In this document: in pieces, positions 27,286-38,261 of the stretch | Layout of the letters: each line of letters starts with the position of its first letter | Position numbering within the stretch: the first letter of the stretch is position 1 | NCBI GenBank assembly: GCA_017467515.1 | Contig: JAFUSU010000028.1 | Coordinates: forward strand, 128,399 to 192,398 | DNA: 64,000 nt | DNA from: Alphaproteobacteria bacterium | Lineage (GTDB): Bacteria; Pseudomonadota; Alphaproteobacteria; RF32; CAG-239 | Reading direction: 5' to 3' | Notes under the pieces: generated by a model | Database searches by the model: none | Told to the model about the DNA's origin: nothing | What the model saw: the letters and a program-made list of their open reading frames with translations, nothing else | Position numbers and translations under genes: made by a program

Positions 27286-28574
27286 AAATTAAGATTATCG
27301 GCGGACATCAGCTTAATGGCAAAATTTATATCAGTGGAGCTAAAAATGCCGCCTTGCCGCTCATCTGTGCCGGTTTGTTAACACCGGATACCGTTACTTT
27401 AACCAATATGCCGATTCTTTCGGATATAAAATCACTTAATACATTATTGACATTATTAGGAACACAAATTGACGAGTTTGATGACTTTTTAGATGGTCAC
27501 CCGACAAAGACTTATTCTTATCGCACCCTTGAGGCCACAAGTCTGATAGCTCCTTATGATTATGTACGGAAAATGAGAGCATCATATTATGTTTTGGGAC
27601 CATTGTTGGCGCGCTACGGACACGTTGAACTCTCTCTCCCGGGCGGATGCGCAATCGGTGCGCGTCCGATGGATATTCATTTGGCTGCTTTAGAGCAAAT
27701 GGGCGCTAAAATTGAAATTAAAAACGGCTATGTTTTTGCTGATGTTGAGAACCGTCTTAAGGGGGCAAACATTATCTTTAAAATTGCTTCTGTCGGGGCA
27801 ACGTGTAATATTTTAATGGCCGCTACGTTGGCAGAGGGAATAACCCGTATTGAAAACGCCGCTAAAGAGCCGGAAATTGGAGACTTGATAGATTTGCTCA
27901 ATGATATGGGCGCAAAAATAAGCGGTAAAAATACTTCCATTCTGACAGTTGAAGGTGTTGAATCTTTGCACGGAGCAACGCATAAAGTTATTACCGATCG
28001 TATAGAGGCTGGTTCATACGCTGTTGCCGCTGCAATTACCAGAGGATGTATCGAATTAATTAATGCTCAGGCTTCAACCCTGCAATGCCCGATTAATATT
28101 TTACGTCAAATGGGCGTTGATGTAAAGGAAACACCAAATTCTCTTATTGTTGATGCTCGTGGCAAAACTTTAGTCGGTCAAGATATTATGACAGACTTTT
28201 ACCCCGGTTTTCCGACAGATTTACAAGCTCAATTTTTGGCTCTCATGCTGACGGCAGAGGGAGCTTCTTTAGTAACGGAAACGATTTTTGAAAATCGTTT
28301 TATGCACGTACCGGAACTTTTGCGCATGGGCGCGAATATTAATGTCCATGGGCATGCTTCGGCAATTGTTCGCCATGTCGATAAACTTTATGGTGCGCCG
28401 GTAATGGCAACGGATTTGAGAGCCTCGTTTGCGTTGATATTGGCAGGCTTGATTGCAGAAGGAGAAACAATTGTCAATCGTGTTTATCACCTTTATCGAG
28501 GTTATGAAAAATTGGCAGAAAAATTAGCCGGTGTCGGCGCTCAAATAGAAGTCATTCATGAAAGTGATGAATAA
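27279..28574 (+). CDS. murA: UDP-N-acetylglucosamine 1-carboxyvinyltransferase
   Basis: MDKIKIIGG..L.G...ISGAKNAALP, catalytic-Cys region LPGGCAIGARP(M/V)D, full-length 431 aa. Confidence 0.95.
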   Translation: MDKIKIIGGHQLNGKIYISGAKNAALPLICAGLLTPDTVTLTNMPILSDIKSLNTLLTLLGTQIDEFDDFLDGHPTKTYSYRTLEATSLIAPYDYVRKMRASYYVLGPLLARYGHVELSLPGGCAIGARPMDIHLAALEQMGAKIEIKNGYVFADVENRLKGANIIFKIASVGATCNILMAATLAEGITRIENAAKEPEIGDLIDLLNDMGAKISGKNTSILTVEGVESLHGATHKVITDRIEAGSYAVAAAITRGCIELINAQASTLQCPINILRQMGVDVKETPNSLIVDARGKTLVGQDIMTDFYPGFPTDLQAQFLALMLTAEGASLVTETIFENRFMHVPELLRMGANINVHGHASAIVRHVDKLYGAPVMATDLRASFALILAGLIAEGETIVNRVYHLYRGYEKLAEKLAGVGAQIEVIHESDE

Positions 28575-28578
28575 AAAC

Positions 28579-28608
28579 AAAGGTCGGATTATTTCCGACC
28601 TTTTTTTT
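28579..28608. terminator. Bidirectional terminator between murA and the convergent hypothetical gene
   Basis: aaaggtcggat-tatt-tccgaccttt + T8. Confidence 0.8.
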
Positions 28609-28618
28609 CTAGACTGAC

Positions 28619-29110
28619 TTAACACCGTAAGACGCAACTGTCATCTTCAGTCAATGTAGATACGGAATGCAAAGAATGAACATAGTGCATAAATTCGCAC
28701 TTAAAACTGCCGATATTTCCGTATCCTCGTGCAATATATTCGGCAGCAATAATATCAGCCAAAGATTTTGCATCCGGTTTAATTGACGCTAAAATATTTA
28801 ACTTTCTGATCATCATATCTTTGTATTTGAAGTTATCCTTACCTAATACTTTAATATTTTTGATTTCATCAATCGTTTTGGCAATGTTTTCAGCGTTACG
28901 TTTTATTTGAAATTTAGCAACACTGGCATCATAATTAACTAAGGCATCAAAATTTTTGAGCTGATTTATAATTGTGCTGAGATGTAACTTAGGATGTTCT
29001 GTTTGCAAAGTTTCATACAAAAGAGCAAATAATGCTCCTTTGTTGGTACCGGCTTCGGAAACTTCTTTCAAAAAATCCTCACCGGAAGTTTGTTTCGATA
29101 GAGCTATCAT
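28619..29110 (-). CDS. Hypothetical protein (163 aa)
   Basis: ORF with terminator; no recognised domain. Confidence 0.4.
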   Translation of the reverse strand: MIALSKQTSGEDFLKEVSEAGTNKGALFALLYETLQTEHPKLHLSTIINQLKNFDALVNYDASVAKFQIKRNAENIAKTIDEIKNIKVLGKDNFKYKDMMIRKLNILASIKPDAKSLADIIAAEYIARGYGNIGSFKCEFMHYVHSLHSVSTLTEDDSCVLRC

Positions 29111-29315
29111 AATGCAACTCCTCTCTAAAATTCATAATTATATTTATGAATTCATTATACCATAGATTTAAAGTCATAACAACAACAATTTGTAACATTA
29201 CTGTAACAAATAAACAGATTTTAAAGTCTTTCAATCTAACCGAATGTGGAGAATAGATAATTTTGTTTACATTCGGCTGAAAAATGGTATATCTGTTCAA
29301 ATAAGGGAGTATTAA

Positions 29316-30032
29316 ATGAATAAAATTTGCTATTCTTCGGAAATATACCATTTGGCGGTTGAAGATGTTATATCTTTGCCGGATTCAAACGTATCTCTCC
29401 CTTATACACCTAAAGATCAAGTTATCATTTTGATCGGTAAACGACAATTGTGGAACCCTGATTTTCCGGTACAACAAGATGCTTTGCTTAAAGGTCGTAA
29501 AGTCGTGGAAAAGGCTATTGCTCAGGGAGAGGATTATGTACCGGTACGTATCGCTTTTGAGTCCCGAATTAAATCGTATGATATTATCTCACCGATTATT
29601 CGTAAATTGCGCTATAAATATAATTTGTTCGGTAGCAACATATATCATATGCGCACACAAGAAATCAGAGAAAAAGGGCTGGAAAGAAATTTAAGAACAG
29701 CTGAAAATGCTTATAAATTTTCTAATCCGAAATATAAAATGAGTAAGGCTCAACGCCGTGCGACATATGAAAATCTGCTCAAAAGTATGAGAGAAAACGG
29801 ATATGACGATGCATTTCCTTTGGATATTATGTTGTGTCGTAATATGGGCATACAAGATACTTTAAATCAAGGGCATCATCGTATGAGCGCTGCAATTGAA
29901 TGCGGTATAGAACGGGTATCGGTTGAATTTTGTGCGGCGGGGCAATCGCCGAAATTTTTGCATTTGCTGTTTTATATGGTTGCAAAAATGAATATGTGGA
30001 TTAAACACATCATAAGTGGTTTGAGGACATAA
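29316..30032 (+). CDS. ParB/Srx-fold (ParB-like nuclease domain) protein with unknown N-terminal domain
   Basis: C-terminal QGHHRMSAAIECGIERVSV matches the ParBc/sulfiredoxin/DGQHR-type signature ([DQ]G.HR..AA....G...(I/V)(P/S)V); agggagt SD. Confidence 0.55.
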   Translation: MNKICYSSEIYHLAVEDVISLPDSNVSLPYTPKDQVIILIGKRQLWNPDFPVQQDALLKGRKVVEKAIAQGEDYVPVRIAFESRIKSYDIISPIIRKLRYKYNLFGSNIYHMRTQEIREKGLERNLRTAENAYKFSNPKYKMSKAQRRATYENLLKSMRENGYDDAFPLDIMLCRNMGIQDTLNQGHHRMSAAIECGIERVSVEFCAAGQSPKFLHLLFYMVAKMNMWIKHIISGLRT

Positions 30033-31084
30033 TGAAAAAAATTATTCATATTTCTAATTTTAATTTAATTCGTCTGAAAGGGTGTTTTCAAGTCGGATTT
30101 CCGTTTAAAATTTCAAATGGTCTGATTCGTAACGGATATGCCGTTTTTAATTATCCGGATCGTGATTTGTGTCGTATGTTCGGTTTTGGTCATCAAAATT
30201 GGTTTGCTAAAAGAAAATTAAACCAACACTTAGTGGATTATTGCAAAGTAATGGAGCCGGATGCGTTGTTTATCGGACACGCAGATCTGATAGAAAATGA
30301 AACGATTTTAAAAATCAAAGAGATGTTTCCTCAATTAAAAGTATTGCAATGGAGTTGTGATTGGATTGTCCCGCAAATGGCGGAAAGAAACATTAAGGCC
30401 ATTCAAAGTAAATTGGACGTGGCCGATGTTAATTTAATCAGCACCGGTGATAAAAATCTGTTGAAGCAATTTAAAACAGGCAAAAACCGTGTGGGTTATG
30501 TTCCGAATATGGCTGATGATGCCTTAGAAACGGGCAGGGCATTTGAAACTGAAAATTTACCCTATGATATTATGCTTTGTGCCAATACCGGTCGCCGACA
30601 GTTTTGCGGAAAAGATGAGGAGCTTGAGGATATCATTACTGAAAGCACAAACAAAATAGAAAACTTACGCTGGAAATTAGCCGGACTAAACGGTCAGCCG
30701 CCATTAAACGGATTTGAATATATTCGGGCTTTAGGACAAAGCGCTATGGGCCTCAATCTGAGCCGTGTTAATGACGTTTATTTGTACAGTTCAGACAGAT
30801 TGATTCATTCTTTGGCAAACGGACAGCTTGTCTTTTTAGATAAACGGAATGGTTTTCAAGATATTTTTAGAGATGACGAAGTCGTATTTTATGAAACAAA
30901 AGAAGAATTTTATGAAAAGGTGGCTTATTTTAAAAATAATTCTCGGGCAAGGATGAAAATTGCCTCAAAAGGACATCAAAAAGCACATACGGAATTTAGC
31001 AACGTAGCTATAACAAAGTATATGGCAGACGTTCTGTTTGATGAAGATTACAAACCGCAAAAGATATGGCAGATTATAATCTGA
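30032..31084 (+). CDS. CgeB-like GT-B glycosyltransferase (Glyco_trans_1_2/DUF3880-type)
   Basis: C-terminal pattern YSSDRLIHSLANGQLVF...DEVVFYETKEEFYEKVAYFKNNSRARMKIASKGHQKAHTEFS resembles the CgeB-family/GT-B C-lobe consensus; start overlaps the upstream stop (TAATG). Confidence 0.5.
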   Translation: MKKIIHISNFNLIRLKGCFQVGFPFKISNGLIRNGYAVFNYPDRDLCRMFGFGHQNWFAKRKLNQHLVDYCKVMEPDALFIGHADLIENETILKIKEMFPQLKVLQWSCDWIVPQMAERNIKAIQSKLDVADVNLISTGDKNLLKQFKTGKNRVGYVPNMADDALETGRAFETENLPYDIMLCANTGRRQFCGKDEELEDIITESTNKIENLRWKLAGLNGQPPLNGFEYIRALGQSAMGLNLSRVNDVYLYSSDRLIHSLANGQLVFLDKRNGFQDIFRDDEVVFYETKEEFYEKVAYFKNNSRARMKIASKGHQKAHTEFSNVAITKYMADVLFDEDYKPQKIWQIII

Positions 31085-31167
31085 AGAAAATGCTTTACTT
31101 TTTTACGCTTTTACATTATGTTAGCCTTGTTTTGAGTCATAACGGAAGGTCAATAAATAATTAAATT

Positions 31168-32193
31168 ATGTTACTCCTATGTTTTTATGCCGGTCTGGCA
31201 ATTATCATATCATTTATTTGTTCTGTTTCAGAGGCATCACTTTTATCTATTACGCCAAGTTATATTGCACAATTGGAAGAAAAAAATCCGAAGTGGTATA
31301 AACGTATTTCCCATCTAAAACGGAATATGGATACTCCTTTGGCGGCTATTCTTACGTTGAATACAATAGCCAATACGGTTGGTGCGGCAGGCATAGGTGC
31401 GCAAGTTACATACTTATACGGTTCTTCTTATTTAGGATTGGCATCAGGATTGATGACAATTTGCATATTGATTTTCTCGGAAATTATGCCTAAGACAATC
31501 GGCTCAAAATATTGGCGTCAATTAATACCGGCCGTTTGTGTTATGGTCGGTATTATGGTCGTTGTCTTAAAGCCTGTTTTGTATATATCAGATTTTATTA
31601 TGGGCCTTTTCGGGAAATCAGAGGCAACTGATGTGAAGGCAGAAATCAAGGCTTTAGCTAAAATTGGTCGAGATTCTAATTTGCTGGATGATACAAAATT
31701 CAGAATTATCAATAACATTATAAAATTACAAGAGGTCAGTGTCGGAGATGTGATGACGCCGCGTACGGTTGTTCATAAAGTAAAACCGGGTATGACGATT
31801 AAAGATTTTGATAATTTTTTGTGCAATACGCCATTCTCTCGTTTTCCGATTATTGATGAAAAGGAAGAAAATTTTTTAGGGTATATTCATAAGTCAAGTT
31901 CTTATGAGGCATCCAGCGATGATGATTTAGTTGATAAATATGCACGTCCGATGCGTTCTTATTCTGATGAAGCGCACCTAGAAGATGTTTTAAATTCTAT
32001 GCTGGAAGATCACAATCATATGGCGTTGGTGATAGATGCTTTTGAAAATTGGGTTGGAATTATTACTCTGGAAGATATTATCGAAACAATCTTGGGTAAA
32101 GAAATTGTTGATGAAACAGATCAGGTCGCCGATATGCGTTTATATGCAAAACAAAAATGGATAAAAAAGCGCGAACAAAAGGGTATTCAATAG
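31168..32193 (+). CDS. CNNM/TlyC-family membrane protein (DUF21 + tandem CBS domains; so-called hemolysin C / Mg/Co efflux-like)
   Basis: N-terminal DUF21 TM region followed by CBS pair (VGDVMTPRT...; ...ALVIDAFENWVGIITLEDIIETILG). Confidence 0.8.
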   Translation: MLLLCFYAGLAIIISFICSVSEASLLSITPSYIAQLEEKNPKWYKRISHLKRNMDTPLAAILTLNTIANTVGAAGIGAQVTYLYGSSYLGLASGLMTICILIFSEIMPKTIGSKYWRQLIPAVCVMVGIMVVVLKPVLYISDFIMGLFGKSEATDVKAEIKALAKIGRDSNLLDDTKFRIINNIIKLQEVSVGDVMTPRTVVHKVKPGMTIKDFDNFLCNTPFSRFPIIDEKEENFLGYIHKSSSYEASSDDDLVDKYARPMRSYSDEAHLEDVLNSMLEDHNHMALVIDAFENWVGIITLEDIIETILGKEIVDETDQVADMRLYAKQKWIKKREQKGIQ

Positions 32194-32227
32194 CCTATTG
32201 ACTATATGGAAGAATTAAAAGTCAGGA

Positions 32228-32269
32228 TTATTTTCTTCTTTGAACCATAAGTATAAAGGAGAAAATAAA
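32228..32269 (+). promoter_or_regulatory. Putative RNA thermometer: AU-rich anti-SD/SD hairpin in the hsp20 5' UTR
   Basis: uuauuuucuucuuu (32228-32241) pairs over 14 bp (13 Watson-Crick + 1 G.U) with aaaggagaaaauaa (32256-32269), sequestering the SD up to the start codon; 14-nt loop. Confidence 0.5.
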
Positions 32270-32751
32270 TGAGAAGTGAATTATCTAATACTGAAAATTT
32301 AGCAAAAGGAAGTCGAAATATTCCGATTCATATTCCGGCATCAAATGAATTAAAGCATTTTTTGCAACATTTTTGGAATACAATTGAAACACATCACAAT
32401 TCAGAAACAATGGAATTGGAACCGAAAATAGAAGTTTCAGAAAATAAAGATGCTGTTACCGTTTCTGCCGAATTACCGGGAATTGATGCAAAAGATTTGG
32501 ATTTGCAAATATCATCAGACGGCTATCTGACAATCAGTGGAGAGAAAAAAAGTACTAAAGAGAGTACAGAGTGTGATAACTACTTTTCAGAAATTTATTA
32601 TGGTATGATTAAAAGAACAATCCCTCTGCCGTGGGACTTAGATTATAATAAAGCTGATGCAAAATATAACGATGGTTTGTTATCTATTTCTATTCCCAAA
32701 ACACAAGTCGAAAAAGCCAAAGTTAAAAAAATTAATGTCAGTAAAAATTAA
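32269..32751 (+). CDS. Small heat-shock protein, Hsp20/alpha-crystallin family
   Basis: ACD region ...VSAELPGIDAKDLDLQISSDGYLTISGEKK...IPLPWDLDYNKADAKYNDGLLSISIPK. Confidence 0.85.
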   Translation: MRSELSNTENLAKGSRNIPIHIPASNELKHFLQHFWNTIETHHNSETMELEPKIEVSENKDAVTVSAELPGIDAKDLDLQISSDGYLTISGEKKSTKESTECDNYFSEIYYGMIKRTIPLPWDLDYNKADAKYNDGLLSISIPKTQVEKAKVKKINVSKN

Positions 32752-32756
32752 TTTTT

Positions 32757-32786
32757 AAGCCTCTCGTTATAGAGAGGCTTTTTTTA
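32757..32786. terminator. Terminator between hsp20 and convergent uvrB
   Basis: aagcctctc-gttatag-agaggctt + T7. Confidence 0.75.
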
Positions 32787-32788
32787 GT

Positions 32789-34780
32789 TTACAAATTCTT
32801 TAAACCCAGCTGTTCAAGTTCTTTAATTTTATCACGATAGACCATTGCCTCTTCAAATTCGAGGTTTGCAGCGGCAGTTTGCATTTTTTTCTTATATTCA
32901 CGTAAGAGCTTATCAATATTTTTAACATCTTCAATTTGCTTTGGGTTACTTTCATTTTTAACAAAATCTGTTTCGGTCATTTCGCTTAGTGTTGCAGAAA
33001 TAGATTTCTTGATTGTTTGCGGTGTAATGCCGTGTTCAATATTATATTGAATTTGTTTTTGGCGTCTGCGGTTTGTTTCATCAAGCGCATTTTTAATAGA
33101 ATCAGTTATTTTATCGGCATACAAAATAACACGCCCATGAGCATTACGAGCCGCACGGCCGATAGTTTGAATCAGAGAACGCTGGGATCTCAGGAATCCC
33201 TCTTTGTCAGCATCTAAAATAGCAACCAAAGAACACTCAGGAATGTCCAACCCTTCACGCAATAAATTAATTCCGACCAATACATCAAAAACACCAAGCC
33301 TCAAATCTCTGATAATTTCAATACGTTCCAATGTGTCAATGTCTGAATGTAGATAGCGGACTTTAATCCCGTTATCGTGAAGATATTCGGTAAGATCTTC
33401 AGCCATTTTCTTGGTCAGTGTTGTCACCAAAACACGTTCTTTTTGCTCAATAACTTTACGGCATTCTTCCATTAAGTCATCAATCTGGTTGTCAACAGGT
33501 CGGACATCACAAATCGGATCTGTTAAACCGGTCGGACGGATAATCTGTTCGGCAAAAACACCTTTGCTTTGTGTTAATTCCCAATCTCCGGGGGTGGCTG
33601 AAACAAAAATGCTTTGAGGACGCATTTTATCCCATTCTTCAAATTTGAGGGGACGGTTGTCCACGCACGAAGGAAGTCTAAATCCATATTCTGCCAAGGT
33701 GCTTTTACGATTGTAGTCACCTCGAAACATTCCCCCGATTTGCGGAATGGAAATATGGCTTTCATCAACAAAAACAAGAGCATTCTCAGGTAAATATTCA
33801 AATAGAGTAGGCGGAGGTTCACCCGGATTGCGTCCTGTCAGGTATCGTGAGTAATTTTCAATTCCTTTGCAATGACCTGTCGTTTCAAGCATTTCTAAAT
33901 CAAAACGCGTACGTTGACCGATACGTTGCGCTTCAAGAAGCTTATTTTCTTGAGTAAAATAGGCTTCCCGCTCTTTTAATTCTTCTCGGATTTGTTGCAT
34001 TGCTCGAGAAATGGTCGGGCGAGGAGTAACATAGTGGCTGGCCGGATAAACCGTAGCCTCCTCTAAGGACATCATTTTTTTTCCGGTCAAACTGTCAAAT
34101 TCATAAATATCCTCAATTTCATCGCCAAAGAAGGAAATTCTCCAACCGACATCTTCCAAATGTGACGGAAAAATATCCAGAGTATCTCCTTGAACGCGAA
34201 AGGTTGAACGGACAAAGTTGCTTTGGTTTCGCTCATATTGTAATTCAGCTAAACGTCTGTATACTTCAGGAGGATCGATTAAATCACCTTTTTTTAATTT
34301 TAACGTCATATTGCTGTACGATTCAACGTCACCCAAGCCGTAGATGCAAGATACTGAGGCCACGATAATGACATCATTATATTCCAGCAGACTACGTGTT
34401 GCCGCATTGCGCATTCGATCAATTTGCTCATTAATAGCGGAATCTTTTTCTATATAAATATCTGTTTTCGGAATATAGGCCTCCGGTTGATAGTAATCAT
34501 AATAAGAAACAAAATATTCAACGTGGTTATGGGGAAAAAATTCTTTCATTTCACTATAAAGTTGAGCGGCAAGAATTTTATTCGGAGCCATAATGAGGGC
34601 AGGTCGTTGCATTGTTTCGATAATTTTTGCCATAGTAAATGTCTTACCGCTACCGGTAACACCAAGTAAAACCTGACTTTTATCGCCTCTTTTTAAGCCG
34701 TCACATAATTCTTTAATAGCCTCGGGCTGATCGCCTGATGGCTCGAAAGGGCTGCTTATTTGTAACTTATTGTGAATCAT
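32789..34780 (-). CDS. uvrB: Excinuclease ABC subunit B
   Basis: 663 aa; Walker A GVTGSGKT, helicase motifs, UvrB beta-hairpin region, C-terminal UVR domain ([16 protein letters not shown]). Confidence 0.97.
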   Translation of the reverse strand: MIHNKLQISSPFEPSGDQPEAIKELCDGLKRGDKSQVLLGVTGSGKTFTMAKIIETMQRPALIMAPNKILAAQLYSEMKEFFPHNHVEYFVSYYDYYQPEAYIPKTDIYIEKDSAINEQIDRMRNAATRSLLEYNDVIIVASVSCIYGLGDVESYSNMTLKLKKGDLIDPPEVYRRLAELQYERNQSNFVRSTFRVQGDTLDIFPSHLEDVGWRISFFGDEIEDIYEFDSLTGKKMMSLEEATVYPASHYVTPRPTISRAMQQIREELKEREAYFTQENKLLEAQRIGQRTRFDLEMLETTGHCKGIENYSRYLTGRNPGEPPPTLFEYLPENALVFVDESHISIPQIGGMFRGDYNRKSTLAEYGFRLPSCVDNRPLKFEEWDKMRPQSIFVSATPGDWELTQSKGVFAEQIIRPTGLTDPICDVRPVDNQIDDLMEECRKVIEQKERVLVTTLTKKMAEDLTEYLHDNGIKVRYLHSDIDTLERIEIIRDLRLGVFDVLVGINLLREGLDIPECSLVAILDADKEGFLRSQRSLIQTIGRAARNAHGRVILYADKITDSIKNALDETNRRRQKQIQYNIEHGITPQTIKKSISATLSEMTETDFVKNESNPKQIEDVKNIDKLLREYKKKMQTAAANLEFEEAMVYRDKIKELEQLGLKNL

Positions 34781-37583
34781 TTTGTTTTTCGGTTATATTT
34801 TCTTTTAAAAGAGACTTTGTATATTCTTTCGCAAAATTGCTGAACGCCTGAACGTTTTGAATTGTTCTATCTATATCTTTAATGCTTATCGTATCATTTT
34901 CAAGAAAATCAGTCAGTAAATTAAATATGCTGGCATAAGATGTTTTATCAAAATAGGGCTTAAATGTATTTCTTACCCGAACAATAACAGTTTCTTTACC
35001 GGCTTGCTTTAATGCTGTCAACCAGTCTAAAATGTAACGGATTTGTTCTTCGGATAAAGGTTCTCCTTTTTTCGGTTTTTTAACCAAATATCTGAGCATA
35101 TCAGAAGCTTTATCCCATTGCTGAGAATCCCAATAAATTTCCGATTTTAATAAAATAGCATTACGACTGGTATTATCTTTCAGCAAATCAAGAGCTTTTT
35201 GAGGCATTCCCTGCAGAACATAAGCTTTGGCTTCTATAATTTTTCTTTGTGTCGCCAAGGTTTCAGAAATATCTGGGTAATCTGTTTTTTTCAAATTTTC
35301 CAGTGCAGAAATTTCATCTTTTCTAAACATATTGATCAGCGCAAGGCGACTACCCATAGCACTTATTTCCTGATGAGATAAGGTTTTAAGATGTGTTTGC
35401 ATATAGCTGTCCAGTAAGTTATATGCGCGATCAAGTAAATCTAAGGCAACCAGTCTGTCTGACAGTTTAATAATGATAGCGGTTTGATATGGACTGCGAT
35501 TAATCAGATAGCCAAACTCATCAAATAAAGCCAGAGCTTTAATGGGGTCGAACTGATTATCATTGTTGTAATAAAACAATTCTTCCATAATTTGTACCAT
35601 ACGTTGCTCTATAACGGGTTTTTGTTTAGCAGATATGAGGCTTATTAAGTCCAAAGTTGTTAAAGCCATATAAAAATTATTTGTTTTAAGATAAAGATCA
35701 ACCAATTTGTTTAAAACTTGAATCTTGAATTTCTTTTCACCCCATGCAAATTTTAATCGTTCAAACTCTAAGATGGTCCTATTTTGTTTTACATCTGCCA
35801 GATTGGAATTAAAATCGGCAATGCGGAAACGAGCCAACGCCGAATATTTAAGAGATGGGCTCATGGCTGCTGCTTTATACAAAGGAAGAGCCGACTTAAA
35901 ATAGCCTTGCATACGGACTTTTTCTGCTTCGTAGTAATTGATGGCTGTCCGCATCTCTGTATCCATAGGTAATTCTTTTATAATATCAATGAGTTTTTGG
36001 GTTAAATTATCGTTTTTTTGAGAAACAGCCAGTTCAAGAGCTCTCATTAAAAGGATCTTTTTTATCTCAATAGGATAGGGATGAAATAAACTGAGATCAC
36101 GCATAATACTAGGCGTATGATCTTGATTAATATCCGTATCAGCTAAAGTCCGCCAAAAAACAATTTCATTGTTTTGGGAAAATTCTTCACGGGCAAAGAT
36201 ATCAAAAGCTTGATCATATCTTTTCATTAAAAAGGAAGCAACCCCGATGAGGCTCCTTAAACGAGGTGTCATATCTTGTTTGTTTTCTCTAAGGTTTCTT
36301 CTGACATCTCTTAACAAACCAAGAGCATTAGATCCGAGCCCATGAGAAAGATAAAATCTGGCTAACTCAATTTTAAATTTATTTTTATCCGCTTCCGGAG
36401 CCAGTTTAATCTGAGACTGAAAATATTTTTCACTCTCTGCAAAATTTCTGCGAATAATCGGAATGGTTAAATCTTGTGTCAGATTGACACCGCTATTATC
36501 TGTTTCACGAATAGCGCGCTGTTTCAAAATATCCAAATTTTGAGAAATATTCAGAGGGTGTTGCGTTGTTTGTAAAATGAAACCGGATGTATTTCGAATA
36601 ATGCCGATACCAAAATCATCACTGTTAATGGCCATACCTTGAGAGGTCGGTAAAAATTCAAAATCAGGATATTTGTAGCCGTTAATAAAGGAATGTCCCG
36701 CTTCCGAACTCGTAATCGCCATCAGCATATCCCCGACTTCTGGATCAAGAAAACTGAAAATATCCTCGGTATGCGGTAATGTTACCACAATAGACGGTCT
36801 ATCAGGAAATGTTTCATCCGTTGTCACTTTTATAGGATTTAATTTACGTTCAGCTTGATGGTTGTATAAATCAATGATCCACAATAAGCCTTCTTTTCTG
36901 ACTTCGCTATATAATTCGGCCGTTGCTTCCAATCGCAAAATAGTGGCCGCATTATGCGGTAATTGTATAATGTCTTTAACCATATGTCCGGCATTTTTGC
37001 TTAATTCTGTAATATCCATTTTTTGATATTGATTAAAGACAATCCAAATATATTTATCTCGTTTAAAAACCGCTAAAGCAACCGGTGTATTCCACGAAAA
37101 ACTTAAACTTGAAATCTGTAACGGAGTGATGCGTTTGGGCTTTTCAGATGAAGAAATTGTCCCCTGAGGTGCTAAGTCCAAAATGACGGAATTAAGGTGT
37201 TCAACAGATGATGCTAGAGGTTGAGGAAACGAAATTTCCATTTGTCGAGCAGAAATTTTTCTTTGTGTAATTTGCTGATATTTATCAAAATTTGTTAAAT
37301 TTAGCGTTTCGAAACGAAAAACACGAGAAAAAACAATAGTTGTTGATTTTTCATCACTTTTAATATCATAAGATATTTTACTCCCTTCCGGAAAATCAAA
37401 AGTAAACCGATCTTTGTTGTTTATCTTTGAATATTTTAAAACGGCCGATTTAATAGGGATAACGGAAGAAGAATTATTATCATAATTTTGTTGGGCATAG
37501 ACGATGAAAGATGCATCTGTTAAAAGACAACATAAAAGAATAAAATAAAAAAGAAAAAATTTATGCTGTTTCAGAATATTCAA
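34767..37583 (-). CDS. Large secreted hypothetical protein (938 aa, signal peptide, TPR-like stretches), adjacent to the fliL/fliM cluster
   Basis: N-terminal signal-like [20 protein letters not shown]; helical-repeat-like C-terminal two thirds; overlaps uvrB start by 14 nt. Confidence 0.5.
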   Translation of the reverse strand: MNILKQHKFFLFYFILLCCLLTDASFIVYAQQNYDNNSSSVIPIKSAVLKYSKINNKDRFTFDFPEGSKISYDIKSDEKSTTIVFSRVFRFETLNLTNFDKYQQITQRKISARQMEISFPQPLASSVEHLNSVILDLAPQGTISSSEKPKRITPLQISSLSFSWNTPVALAVFKRDKYIWIVFNQYQKMDITELSKNAGHMVKDIIQLPHNAATILRLEATAELYSEVRKEGLLWIIDLYNHQAERKLNPIKVTTDETFPDRPSIVVTLPHTEDIFSFLDPEVGDMLMAITSSEAGHSFINGYKYPDFEFLPTSQGMAINSDDFGIGIIRNTSGFILQTTQHPLNISQNLDILKQRAIRETDNSGVNLTQDLTIPIIRRNFAESEKYFQSQIKLAPEADKNKFKIELARFYLSHGLGSNALGLLRDVRRNLRENKQDMTPRLRSLIGVASFLMKRYDQAFDIFAREEFSQNNEIVFWRTLADTDINQDHTPSIMRDLSLFHPYPIEIKKILLMRALELAVSQKNDNLTQKLIDIIKELPMDTEMRTAINYYEAEKVRMQGYFKSALPLYKAAAMSPSLKYSALARFRIADFNSNLADVKQNRTILEFERLKFAWGEKKFKIQVLNKLVDLYLKTNNFYMALTTLDLISLISAKQKPVIEQRMVQIMEELFYYNNDNQFDPIKALALFDEFGYLINRSPYQTAIIIKLSDRLVALDLLDRAYNLLDSYMQTHLKTLSHQEISAMGSRLALINMFRKDEISALENLKKTDYPDISETLATQRKIIEAKAYVLQGMPQKALDLLKDNTSRNAILLKSEIYWDSQQWDKASDMLRYLVKKPKKGEPLSEEQIRYILDWLTALKQAGKETVIVRVRNTFKPYFDKTSYASIFNLLTDFLENDTISIKDIDRTIQNVQAFSNFAKEYTKSLLKENITEKQNDSQ

Positions 37584-37598
37584 ATCAAAACCCTTTCT

Positions 37599-38258
37599 CT
37601 AAAATGCATTGCCTATAATTTTATCCGTAATGGCTTTTGCGCGGACAGGTGTAATCTGTGCTAATATAGCAGAAGAGTTTGAAGGTTTCATTTCCTTTAA
37701 AAGAGCAACGGCAACTTCCAAATCCAATGTTTCAAATATACGAGCTGCCTCTTTAGGTTTCATACTGGCATAGACTTTAACCAAAGACATAATTTTAGCT
37801 TTTTCTTTTTCATTGTATTCTCGAATCAACTGCTTTAATTTTTGCTCATATTCTTGCATTTGTTTAAGACGTTTATCAATTTCCTGCTCGGATACTTTCA
37901 GTTGAACTGCTTTTTTATCAATTTCTTGACTCCGTAAATCTAAAGCTTCTCGTCTTTCGGCCAATTCTTGAAGAATTTGGATTTCTGATTGGGTAAATTG
38001 ATTTTTCTTTTCATCATCGTGATTGTCGGAAGATGCTTGCGCATCTTTCTGCATATCGGAAGTTTGCAATGCTGTGGTTAGCGCCGCCGTTTCGGGAGTC
38101 GATGTTTCTGCAGCCTGCAATTCATTTAAACTCAATTGAGGGATAGAGTGTTTTTGTACCATCTCAAAAACACTTTCTACCCGAATTGTCAGCATCAAAA
38201 CGGAAAGAAAGATAATCAAAGGAAGAACACGTATATGTTTTGCTATCATTTTCATCAA
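37599..38258 (-). CDS. MotE-like / MgtE_N-domain flagellar motility protein
   Basis: N-terminal TM, coiled coil, C-terminal YASMKPKEAARIFETLDLEVAVALLKEMKPSNSSAILAQI resembles the MgtE_N/MotE (FlbB-like) domain. Confidence 0.55.
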   Translation of the reverse strand: MMKMIAKHIRVLPLIIFLSVLMLTIRVESVFEMVQKHSIPQLSLNELQAAETSTPETAALTTALQTSDMQKDAQASSDNHDDEKKNQFTQSEIQILQELAERREALDLRSQEIDKKAVQLKVSEQEIDKRLKQMQEYEQKLKQLIREYNEKEKAKIMSLVKVYASMKPKEAARIFETLDLEVAVALLKEMKPSNSSAILAQITPVRAKAITDKIIGNAF

Positions 38259-38261
38259 TAC

